Origin: Octopus sinensis | Lineage: Eukaryota | DNA: 64,000 nucleotides | Reading direction: 5' to 3' | Assembly: GCF_006345805.1 (NCBI RefSeq) | Contig: NC_043014.1 | Coordinates: forward strand, 14,074,001 to 14,138,000 | Part shown: positions 37,428 to 50,800 of the stretch, piece by piece | How the letters are laid out: the number at the start of each line of letters is the position of its first letter | Numbering within the stretch: the stretch's first letter is position 1 | Translations under genes and position numbers: made by a program | The notes under the pieces: model-generated | Seen by the model: only the letters and a program-made list of their open reading frames with translations | Told to the model about the DNA's origin: nothing | Database searches by the model: none

Positions 37428-40198
37428 CTGCAAAAGAAAATATATTGATGTGAGACATATATTGAAGTCAATGATCAAATTTATATTGAAATGACAGATC
37501 AAATACAGGCTGAAGGGAGTGATCAAATATTGACTGAAGGGAGTGATCAAATATTGATTGAAGGGAGTGATCAAATATTGACTGAAGGGAGTGATCAAAT
37601 ATTGACTGAAGGGAGTGATCAAATATTGACTGAAGGGAGTGATCAAATATTGACTGAAGGGAGTGATCAAATATTGAATGAAGAGAGTGATCAAATATTG
37701 ATTGAAGGAGCTTTGACAGAAAAAAAAAATAAAGACAAAAACAAAACAAATGACTTAATGTTTAACCAAGTTAAACAAACAATCAATTAGTTGGATATTT
37801 AACCAATTGACTAATGATAAAGAAGTGGAATTGGATCAGTGTGTGTGTTAATAATATTGGTATAATGACTCTCCTTGATGCAACAAAATGAAAAATCTTC
37901 TCACCTGTGAAACTTTTGAATGGGCATTTATGTTTCTTGACTGATTCATGAATAAGCATGTGTCTTTTCAGTTTGTCCTTCCTGTTAAAGGCTGCTGCAC
38001 AAGACTCGCATTGGAATGGCTTCTCCCCACTGTGAATGAGGGCATGCATCTTCAGATAATGTTCTGTCTTGAATCTTTTCTGACAAATGTTACAGGGAAA
38101 CTGACCTGAAAAGATTTGTAAGAAAAGGGGTTTCAACAATAACAGAAATAAATAGATATCTTTTATTCTTTTACTTGTTTCAGTTATTAGAATGTTGCCA
38201 TGTTGAGACACTACTTTGAAGGGTTTTAGTCAAGCAAATTGACACCAGGACTTATTTGGTCATGTACTACAGATGAATCAGGAGAGATGTGTGAAGAAGT
38301 GCCACTCCCAAACAGCTGAAGGAATCCGGGGTAGAGGTAGATCCAGGAAGACATGGGATGAGTGGTCAAGCATGACCTTCGAACGTTGGGCCTCACAGAG
38401 GCAATGATGAAAGACTGAAACCTCTGGAGATATACTGTGACTGTGAAAACCCAACAAATAAAGTGAGTTCATGGCTTGCAGGATGGCCTGCTATGCTTAC
38501 CTTGGATCATAGGGCAACCTGCAGTGCTTCAGGAGTCCTATTGAGTCAGGTACATCAACATCAAAATAAAAATCAATGGAAATTAAAGATGTGATACCTG
38601 TGCTGGTGGCACATAAAAAACACCATCCGAACGTGGCTGATGCCAGCGCTGCCTTGACTGGCATCCGTGCTGGTGGCACATAAAAAGCACCAACCGATCA
38701 TGGCCGTTGCCAGCCTCCTCTGGCCTGTGCCGGTGGCACGTAAAAAGCACCCACTACACACACAGAGTGGTTGGCGTTAGGAAGGGCATCCAGCTGTAGA
38801 AACACTGCCAGATCAGACTGGAGCCTGGTGCAGCCTCCTGGCTTCCCAGACCCCAGTCAAACCGTCCAACCCATGCCAGCATGGAAAGCAGACGTTACAC
38901 AATGATGATGATGATGATGATACTTATTCTATCAGTCTCTTTTGCTTAACTGCTAAGCTATGTGGACATAAACACATCAACACCAGTTGTCAAGCAGTAG
39001 TAGGAGGGAGGACAAACACAAAGATATACACAGACACTCCATATATATGTGTGTGTGTGTATTCAAAATTCAAATAAGTTATTATTAACTTTAAAAGAGT
39101 CTAAATATATAGGTGCAGGAGTGGCTGTGTGGTAAGTAGCTTGCTTACCAACCACATGGTTCTGGGTTCAGTCCCACTGCATGGTACCTTGGGTAAGTGT
39201 CTTCTACTATAACCTCGGGCCGACCAAAGCTTCATGAGTGGATTTGGTAGACGGAAACTGAAAGAAGCCTGTTGTATATATGTATGTATATATATATATA
39301 TATATGTGTATGTGTGTGTATATGTTTGTGTGTCTGTGTTTGTCCCCCCAACATTGCTTGACAACCAATGCTGGTGTGTTTATTTCCCCGTAACTTAGCG
39401 GTTCGGCAAAAGTGAGCGATAGAATAAGTACTAGGCTTACAAAGAATAAGTCCTGAGGTCGATTTGCTCGACTAAAGGCAGTGCTCCAGAATGGCCACAG
39501 TCAAATGACTGAAACAAGTAAAAGAGTATTGGCTTATTTGTCATTATTTAAACTCAGGTCAGCTCTAATCAACCAGATCTATGATCAAAAGCATTCCAGG
39601 CATGACCATCCCATCTTGTACATTTGTTTTTTCTCAATACAGTGAATCCAGGACCACATTATCTAATGTGTCCTTGGAAGATGGCAGAGTGTGATTTGAA
39701 GGAGGCTTAGCTGCTACTTCTAGCCGTTTCTCTTTGCTGATTCTGTTCGTCATTGTTATTGTCAGTGTAAACATTGCAGAAAAGAGAAATTGTAATTCAT
39801 AAATACAAATTTTACCTATACTTCCATGTGTTGGCAGGTGACGGCGAAGGTATCGTTCACAGGGGAATATTTTTTTACAATGTGGACAGGGAAATTCATG
39901 AGATGATGTGGTTAAATGGTGTTCCAGAGCTTCTGGTGTGGAATACTTGTTTAGACATTTGGTACACTGGAAATGCCTGCAGAAAGAAAAAAAGAAATGT
40001 TTATGTACATTAATATACAGTTCTGTATTTAAGAGATGAGGAATTATGCACATTGTTTACAACTGACGGATATTTGTCCTCGTCTTGTTTGTTGTTAACG
40101 TAACGTCTCAGCTGATATACCCTCCAGTCTTCATCAGGAGTCTTGGGGAAATTTCAAACCTGGGTTCTCATTCCTAAGGTATTTTTCAATGTTGTTGC

Positions 40199-40234
<36 letters not shown>

Positions 40235-43200
40235 AGTCACTGCCTGGAATTGAACTCGGAATCTTGGGGTTAGTAGCCCACGCTCTTAACCACTACACCA
40301 GATGCCAGTGGGCTTGGTAATTATTCACTCATTAATACATTATATTTTATAATAGTTTGATTCCAGTTCCAGGCAATGACCTTAACAACAACGATGACGA
40401 CACCACCACCAGGACTAGTTCTGTAGCGTGCCAACAGATGGCAGCACACAGTTACATGTGCAGTGAGAGCTAGCAGTGATCTTCATGAGGCGGTATGCTG
40501 AATGACATTGCTGAGTACTTTGCAAGTTGTAAAATTTCTGTTTTTGCGATCACTTGTATGCTGTAGTCTGCAATTTTTGTCATGGACAGGAAGTTGGAAC
40601 AAAGAACCACTGTGAAATTTTGTGTTAAACTTGGGAAGTCTGCTACAGAAACACTGAACATGCTTCGGCAAGCTTACAGCAACAAAGCAATGGGCAGCCT
40701 TCATCTTTTTCTACCATATGGGCTTTTTAAAACTCAATATTTACATGCCCTCATTTATAGCTTTAACTACTTTGAGTTCCACCATTAAAAAGAAAATATT
40801 TCACATTCTTCAAAGTTTCTAAATTCTAAATGAATTAAATATCACCTGAGAGGTGAGATATGTTTCTTTTATTTTCTTATAATTTTCCTAGATTTTTTAA
40901 GGTAGTAAGCCTTAAGAAATTGACTATCCCCTTTCCCCAAAATTTCAGGCCTTGTGTCTATAGTAAAAAGAATTATTATTCTAAATTTCTTTACGGCGGT
41001 GAGCTGGCAGAATCATTAGCATGCCAGACAAAATGCTTTGCAGCATTTCTTCCAGTTTAATGTTTTGAGTTCAAACTCCACCAAGGTCACCTTCGCCTTT
41101 CATCTTTTGGAGTCAATAAGATAAGTATCAGTTGGGTACTGGGGGTTAATGTAATCAACTAGCATCCTCCTTCAAAATTTCAGGCCTTGTGCCTATAGTA
41201 GAAAAGTTCATTATTTTAAGTTTTTCTCTGATACATACACATTTTTTCAGATCTTTACCTTTTGACCAGCAGATTTAGAAACTAATTTTTGTAACTAAAC
41301 ACTTTCAAACTTCGTATAGTGGTAGAATGTGTCATATAAAACATCTTTTACTCTTAGCATAACTAACTATCGGTAGTGTATTTTTTGTTTCTCGATCAGC
41401 CATTCAAAGGGAAAAGATCCATTTTTTCTGTTATTTCAAAGTCAAATTACAAGGGACCTACCTCGGACCATTTCGATTAATAGTATCCTCACAAACACTG
41501 TGGGAGAATTGATGCACTCCAAGATCATAAAGAGTAGCAAAATGCTTTGAACAGATATGACACCGGTAACTCATGTCTTCCTCGTGACTTTTCGTGTGAG
41601 TAAGGAAGAGTTCGAGTTCTTTAAATGTTAGTCCACACGTCTTCACAACACACTTGTAGACCTAAAAACAAAGAGTAGAAAACAAGATTACAAAGCAAGC
41701 TTATTAATAGGAAACACAACTTCATAAGACATTTCTCTAGTAAATGGCATAAACTATTGGTTTGAAATCCACAACAAACATTTAATACCAGAGATAGTGG
41801 TAGAAAACAGGGAAAGATAATTTCATTTTCTCATTTTGTTTCATCTTCACAAAATGTTTTTTAAATGCAAATGAATATCATAAATATATTAAACGAGCAA
41901 AACGCCATCCCCCCCCCCCGTCCAATGGACGGTGCTGAGTTGTCAAACATTTAAACCAAATTTTCTCAAAACAACTTGTACGACCATCCCATAGGCCTCC
42001 CCTTTGAGAAACACTGATTTAACCTAAATTTGAGACACCAGCAAAAGAAGAAATAAAGATAGACTATTATTCTATTCCAAAGAAAAATGATTTTATTCAC
42101 ACAAATATGCTTTATCGATCGCATTCTCACCTGGAATCGATTTTTGTAATTTTTTCAAGACTTATACATGCCCTGATATTGTCGGTATCTACATGTCAAA
42201 TTTGAGCGAAATCAGATGGAGGATTCCTGAGATCATAGAAGACACACAGACAGAACAGATTTTATATAATAGATAAGTTGGTGCAAGTGTGTGCTTTCCA
42301 ACCACATGATTTCAGGTTCAGTTCCATTGCATAGCACTTTGGACAAGTGTCTTCTAGTACAGCCCTGTACCAATTAAAGCTTTGGGAGTGGATTTGATAA
42401 CCGGAAACTGAAAGAAGTCCATCTTATTCTTATACACACACACATGTGAGTGTGTGTGGATGATGTATGTTTGTGTCTCTTTGTCTTCACATCTTGTGGT
42501 TGTTGTAAATGAATGTCATTCATTTCCAATATTCTGTGAAAAAAAGTTTGGCCATTTTGGAAAGACGGGAGGTTTGGCAACAGGAAGGGCATCTGATTTC
42601 AAAAAATCTGCCTTAAACTCTGACCCATCAGGCTTGGAAATCATTGAATGAAATGCCAACATGCATTTGTGTCTGTGTGTGTGATGATAATTGCATTCAT
42701 CTTGGTTTTGTTCTATCTGAATGAGTTGATATTTTTCATTCGTTTTCTTCCTTATTTTGACAAAGACGGAATAGGCTTTTGCTAAATTTAGACATTAGTT
42801 AAAATTTCAATGATGCCGGTACCCTCTTTAGTGATAAGTTTTCATGCAGAGGATGCTCCAAAGTAATTTTCCCCCAGTCATTCTTTTAAGTTATCCAACC
42901 TCTCAGTATTCACCCTCATTTTTATTTAGTTAACTGTCAAACTCATGCTGGCATGAGTTAGACAGTTTGACTGAAATTAGTAAACTATAAGGCAACACCT
43001 GGTTCCAATCTGATTTGGTATGGTCTCTCACACCTACCCTACGATGTCATTTTAATGATAAACAACTACATCATTGAAATCTCAATCACAAAATAATGCA
43101 GGATTAACTCAAAACAATATGCAATCTGAATGCTAAAGATTCAATAAAATAGTAATATGTTCTGAGTTGTCGTTCATCGTACAGATAAAAAAGTGAGACA

Positions 43201-43554
43201 CACTCCCTGACTGAATTCCATATCTAATTAATTTTAATTAACTAAAATTTCAGAGTTGTTTCCCTTGCATTTAATGATTAGCATTAGTCATTTGCATATA
43301 CTTATTGTCCTCATAACTAAGGGCGAAATTTTAATTATCTTTTTTTTTTATCTTCATCTTTTATTTGTTTCAGTCATTGGACTTTGGCCATGCTGGAGCA
43401 CTGCCTTCAAAGATTTTAGCCAAACAAATCAACCCAGTACTTATTCTATCAGTCTCTTTTGCCAAACCCATAGGACATAAACAAACCAACACTGGTTGTC
43501 ATGTGGTAGTGGTGGCATAATAAACATAGGCACAAAGACACACACACACACATA

Positions 43555-43598
<44 letters not shown>

Positions 43599-44920
43599 CA
43601 TATGTATATATGACAAGTAACCGAGACTGTTGGCAATATACTGTGCTTGACAAGATTTGCCTAGTGGTTTGGCAAAAGAGACCAACAGAATAATAAATAC
43701 CAGGATAATAAATTTAAAAAAAAATTTTAAATACTAGAATCAATTTGTTCCATTAAAACCCTGCAAGGCTATGCTCCAGCATGGCCACAGTTCAATGGCT
43801 GAAACAAGTAACAAATGCTAGTATCCACTTTACTTTTGAGCTGTCGACAGAAGCAAACTCCTGCTCATTCCTCCCCCACCCCCATAACACCTTAATTTTC
43901 AGTCATTTTTTGTAAATTACCTGCTGACTCTTGTGTTGGACCATATGAGATTTCAGTTGGAAGTAAGACTTGAACTTCTCAGGGCAATACTGGCACAGGT
44001 AGGAGTTGTCGACAACGACGTTTAGTTTTTGTTCTTCCTCTGTCATCTGAAGGAAAGAGAGCAGTTGAAAGGTGAAAAGAGAGAGAATGAGAGAGAGAGA
44101 GAGTGATTGGAAAAGACAGACAGACACACAGACAGAAAATAAATATAGCACTTGGCTATGATGATTGGTTTTCCAGTTGATCTGATCAACGGAACAGCCT
44201 GCTCATGAAATTAATATGCTGAGCATTCCACAGATACGCATAACCTTAACCCTTTTGTTACCAACCCGGCTGAAACTGGCTCTGGTTCTGTAGTACAAAT
44301 GTCCTGTTTTCATAAGTTTTGAATTAAAATCTTCCCCAAAACCTTAGTCACAATTTATGTTCCTAACACTAGCTTAATGATAAATTAATTAATTTACTAA
44401 ATTCTTTCTTATATTTAAAGTAATTGAAAGAAACACAGAGCATCTCAAAATAAATACAGTAGCGAAAGGGTTAATATAGTTCTCAGGGAGATTCGGTGTG
44501 ACTCAGAATGTGACTTGGCTGGCCCTTTGAAATACAGGTACTACTCATCATTGCCAGCTGAGTGGACTGGAGTAATGTGAAATAAGGTGCCTTGCTCAGG
44601 GACACAGTGCACCGGCGAGAATTGAACTCACGACCTTACAACTGTGAGCCGACTACCTTAACCACTAAGCCATGTGCCTTCAAAAAAGAAAAATATAGTT
44701 GTTTATAACATTTTGTTTCTGTTCTTCCTCTATAATCTGAAAGATGGAGAAAAGCAAGAGAAAGAGAGAAGGTAGTAACAGAAAGAAAGAAAGAAAGGAA
44801 AAGAGAAAGAAAGTTGTTGATATTAAGCTTTGGCTTTTTTTCCTCTTGTCTGAAGGACAACAGGAAGACGAACGAAATGCCACTAAGCATTTTGCCTGTG
44901 TTAACAACTCTACTAGCTTA

Positions 44921-44958
<38 letters not shown>

Positions 44959-46311
44959 TGATTTCTTTTATTTGCCACAAGGGCAAAGGATGAGGGGGAC
45001 AATACAAAGACAGACATAAGGTGTTGGGGTTTACATATAATGAAATGATATCGTTACCTGCATCACCTTACTAGCACTTGTGCTGGTGGCACGTGAAAAA
45101 AAACATTTGAGTGAGGTCATTGCCGGGGCCACTGGACTGACTCCTGTGCAGGTGGCACATAAAAAGCACCATTTGAGGGTGGCCGTTGCCAGTACCGCCT
45201 GACTGGCCCTTGCGTCGGTAGCATGTAAAAGCACCCACTACACTCTCGGAGTGGTTGGCATTAGGGAGAGCATCCACATGTAGAAACTCTGCCAGATCAC
45301 ATTGGAGCCTGGTGCAGCCATCTGGTTTGCCAGACCTCAGTCAAATCGTCCAACCCATGCTAGCATGGAAAACAGACGTTAAACAATGATGATGATGAAG
45401 AAGAAAAAAAAAGTATACATGGTTTATACTGAGAAAGAAGGGACATATGCATAACATACAAAGATTAAAAAAAAAAGTGGTTGGGAGGATGAAAGAGATG
45501 TGGCCCTCCTGAAATGAAAGAGAAACCAAATAAAATTGTAGAAGATGACTGAAATTTACCTCCTCACAAGTTGGATCAGGTTGAGGCATGGGTATAGTAG
45601 GTGGTTCGGGGATATCTGGTTCTGCCTCATCAGCAGATGATGCCTGTGGAGACGGTTGCTGAGGCAACGTGGAACCCATGCCACTTGGCCAGACCTGGAT
45701 GACAAAAGACATATTGAAATTGTGAAATGAAGAAGAGACTGACATAAAATACTGATGTCGATGATAATGATGATGATTATAAAATGACAGGTGCGGGCAT
45801 AGCTGTGTGGTTAGAAAGCTTACTCCCCAGCCATATGGTTTCAGGTTCAGTCCCACTGCGTGGCACCTTGGGCAAGTGTCTTCTACTATAACCTTGAGCT
45901 GACCGAAGTTATTGTGAGTGGATTTGTAAGGTGGAAGTTCTCATCATGTGTGTGTAAATGCTTGTGCCTCCTAACAGAGTGGAGGGAAATTATGATTATG
46001 GGTTTTTCTGAAATACGTATAAGGTCACAAGTTTACATAGAAGTAATAGTATAGTATGGTTGAGAGACTTGCTTCACAACCATGTGGTCTCATGATTAAT
46101 CCCACTACATGGTAGCAAGGGCAAGTGTCCCAGGTTGATCAAAGCCTTATGAATAAATATGATGGGAGACACATACAAGTGTGGCTGTGTGGTAAGAAGC
46201 TTGCTTCCCTACCACATGGTTCTGGGTTCAGTCCCACTGCTTGACACCTAGAGCAAGTGTCCTCTACTGTAGCCACAAACAAATACATACATACATATAT
46301 ATATATATATG

Positions 46312-46380
<69 letters not shown>

Positions 46381-46879
46381 ATGATAAATCTCAGAGCGAG
46401 TTATAAACAGTAGCGGCAACACATCGTGACGTATATGCCATTTGAATATGGCTAACCCCTAAGGGTGGATGCTACTGTAGTTTGTAGCCCCAGGAAGACA
46501 CCTCCTCCAGATGGCTATAGACACACTTTCTATGCCCTATCAGTATTTGTGATAGGGCACAGAAAGTGTGTCTATAGCCAGCTGGGAGGTGTTTCCTGGG
46601 GCTACAAACTACATACAGTCACACCCTTAGGGGTTAACCATATTCAAATGGCAAATATACCTCACTATATATATATATACTTTATTTAAAAGCAAAACTG
46701 TCAGACAAATGGAAACGTGAAACTCAGAGTAACAGCTTTTGTTAAATTCTGCTGCCTTTTAAATAAGCATATTACTTACTGTACCTCTGGTATTTGAGTA
46801 CTCTTTTCCACCTTGTTCCACATTTATGTGCTTAATCCGGTATATATTTATATACTCCGGTATATATATATATATATTA

Positions 46880-46923
<44 letters not shown>

Positions 46924-46926
46924 TCC

Positions 46927-47000
<74 letters not shown>

Positions 47001-47780
47001 TATATACATATATACATATTATATACATATATATATAATATATATACATATATAACTATATATATACATATATATAATATATATACATATACATATCTAT
47101 AACTATACATATATATACATATACATATATATACATATACATATATCATATATATATATATACATATACATATATATACATATATATATATATACATATA
47201 TATAGATATACATATATATTATATAATATATATATATATACATTATATATACATATATATACATGGTCAAAGGTAGGCTAACTGGGAAGATAGTTTTTGT
47301 ATGCGGTAGATGCTCGGGAGCATTAACCTCCGAAAATCTGCAGAAACAACTTCTGTCACTTTCCAGGGNNNNNNNNNNNNNNNNNNNNNNNNNNNNNNNN
47401 NNNNNNNNNNNNNNNNNNNNNNNNNNNNNNNNNNNNNNNNNNNNNNNNNNNNNNNNNNNNNNNNNNNNACGTCAAGACAGACAAAATGCCACTAAGCATG
47501 TTTCCCAGTGTGCTACTGATTCTGCCAGCTTACATGCCTTTGCAAAATAATAATAATGACTTCAAATGTTGGCACAAGGTCTGAAATTTTGGGGGAGGGG
47601 ACTAGTCAGTTACATCGACCCCAGTGTTTCACTGGTACTTAATTTATTGACCTTGAAAGGATAAAAGGCAAAGTCAAACTTGGCAGAATTTGAACACAGA
47701 ATGTAGCGATGAGCAAACTACCACTAAGCATTTTGCCTGGTATGCTAACAATTCTGCCAGCTTGCTGCTTTAATAATGAC

Positions 47781-47817
<37 letters not shown>

Positions 47818-50800
47818 TAATAATAATAATAATGTTTATTAATTGACATGAGTATTCCTTGCGATCACAATATATCAGCGAAAGAATTTAACAAGATCAG
47901 TTAATATAAAGACCTGCTAATAGAAATTGAAAAAATGTGGCATCTCAAGGCGACTACAGTACCAGTGATTGTAGGATCTCTAGGAATGATAAAAAAAGGT
48001 ACTGAAACCTATTTGAAAATGATACCAGGCTTACCATCCCTACAGGAAGTGCAAAAAATCGTATTAACTGGAACGGCTGATGTACTAAGAACAGCATTAT
48101 CGCTGTGAAAACAACATCCATTCATGAATTTGTTTATTAATTAATTTTTAAATACATATTTTACCTATGAATTTGCGTGTGTAATCTGGGAATGAGCTTC
48201 TCTGCCCTAGGTGTACGGAAAACACTCGGCGAGAAACGGAAGAAAATTTGAAGAAACAAGGAAAAAATAATAATAATAATAGGAACAAATGAAAATGTCT
48301 TAGTTGGCAAACCTTATGAGTAGACATATGCTTCTTGACATTCGACTTCTGGGCGAACGCTCGACCACAGACGATACACTGGAATGGTTTCTCACCCGTA
48401 TGAGAACGGATATGCTGCTGGAGATCAAAGTTCTTGGCAAAATACTTATTACAGAGCTCACACTGAAGTTTCTTCTTGTTCCAGTTTCCCGCACGATTAT
48501 CACTGCTCTCCGCAGCAGACATGATTGTCTCCTTCACACTGCGGAGTTTCAGTGGCTGCTGAAGGTCCACATCTTGTTGAACCGATGGCAAGATGGTGAT
48601 GATGTTGTTTGACTGTAATACCTTCCGACCTGTAAGAAAGCAAAAAGAGACTTTGTTCACAATTCTGACAACAGCCTGTCAAAGATTAACTCTATTGACC
48701 CTCACAATCATCATTTAACATGTTTTCCATGCTGGCATGGGTTGGACAGTTTGACAGGAGTTGGCAATCCAGAGGGTTGCACCAAGCTACACTGTTTCTT
48801 TTGGCATGGGTTTTACAGCTGGATACCCTTCCTAACACCAACTACTCTACAGAGTGGACTTGGTGGTTTTTATTTGGCACCATCATGAGTAAGGTCTGTT
48901 TTATCATGGTTTTCATGGCTGGATGCCCAACCCTACTCATATATAACCCTACTCCCATTTTAAAATTCTCTTAATTATATTTAAGATAAAACATGTCATC
49001 ATAATTCTAACACTAGCCTGTGTGAGATTAACTTCAATTACCTACTTATACATAAAAAAAATCTCACATTTTAAAATGTTCATATATAGGATAAAATCCT
49101 GTCATCATAATTTTCTATAAGACATGGCTGCATGTATGTATGTATGTGTGTGTGTGTGTGTGTGTATGTTTGTGTGTCTGTGTTTGTTCCCCCAACATCA
49201 CTTGTCAACTGATGCTGGTGTGTTTACATCCCTGTAACTTAGTGGTTTGGCGAAAGAGACCGATAGAATAAGTACTAGGCTTACAAAGAATAAGTCCTGG
49301 GGTCGATTTGCTCAACTAAAGGTGGTGCTCCAGCATGGCCACAGTCAAATGACTGAAACAAGTAAAAGAGTAAAAGATGATAATAATAATCCTTTCTACT
49401 ATAAGCACAGACCTGAAATTTGTGGAGAAGGGATTAGTCAATTATATCAACCCCAGTATTCAACTGGTACTTATTTTATCGACCCCAGTGAAATTTGAAC
49501 TCAGATCATGAAGACGGACAAAATGCTGCTACGCATTTTGCCCGGCATGTTAACAATTCTGCCAGCTCACCACTTTAATAATGACTATAATAATGAATTA
49601 GGGCGTCGAGCTGGCAGAAACGTTAGCACGCCGGGCGAAATGCTTAGCTGTATTTCGTCTGCCGTTACGTTCTGAGTTCAAATCTCGCCGAGGTCAACTT
49701 TGCCTGTCATCCTTTCGGGGCCGATTAAATAAGTACCAGTTACACACTGGGGTCAATATAATCAACTTAATCCCTTTGTCTGTCCTTGTTTGTGCTCTCT
49801 GTGTTTACTACCCTTGTGGGTAGTAAAGAAATAGGTATTTCGTCTGCTGTTATGTTCTGAGTTCAAATTCCGGCAAGGTCGACTTTGCCTTTCATCCTTT
49901 CAGGGTTGATAAATTAAGTACCAGTTACATACTGGGATCGATCTAATCGACTTAATCCCTTTGTCTGTCCCTGTTTGTCCCCTCTATGTTTAGCCCCTTG
50001 TGGGCAATAAAGAAATAAATATAATAATGAATATGAAAGGTGGTTGTGGTGGTGGTGGTGGTGGTTAAAGAGAATTTAGATTTTTACCTGACCGATGGAC
50101 CTGAGCTTTGTTAAGAACACCAATACTAGTTGCTGTAATAGTCACTGCATTGCCATTCTGGTGTTGTTGCACTTGCTGCAGTTGCTGCTGCTGCTGTTGT
50201 TGTTGTTGTTGTTGTTGCTGTTGTTGCTGCAGCTGGGCTTGTTGGTAGAATATTTTATCAGTGGTTTGAGTGGTCAAGGTAGTAGTGTTCATGCTTTGTT
50301 GTTGCTGTTGTTGTGACAGTTGCTGTTGTTGTTGCTGCTGTTGTTGTTGTTGTTGTTGTATTGGTTGCACTTGTTGCGTTATGGCCTGCAACTGCTGGCT
50401 GACAACAGGGTCGCTGGTGTAGACGGTGGCATTGTTGTTGTTGCCGTTGTTGTTGTTGGTGATGGCGGCGGAGGGGGTGACGTTGCTGAATATGGTGGTA
50501 ATGTTTGGTGTTGCGGAGTTTCGAGCCACAGCATTCGGAACTGACGACATCACCGGGGAGAGGAAAGAACCAGGTTGAACTGCTGCTGTTTGCTGAATAA
50601 AGGGATAAAACGAAAAGGCCATCATCATCATCATAATCATCATCATCGTGGAAATGAAATGAACTTTGACCCTTTCCATACCGACCCATCTGAGACCACC
50701 CCCACCCAGCTCACATGCTACCAACTTTCTGTTGCAAATAATCTCAATCAAAACTTCCCGTTAAAATTCCTTGGTAATTTATATTCCAAAAACCCCAGCT

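Noticed and set aside
37392-37790. ORFs with 8-aa repeats ([16 protein letters not shown])
   Set aside because: They are frames through an intronic 24-bp minisatellite; the ZNF341 reading frame is complete without them.
46759-47197. Tyr/Ile-rich ORFs
   Set aside because: Translation of (AT)n microsatellite.
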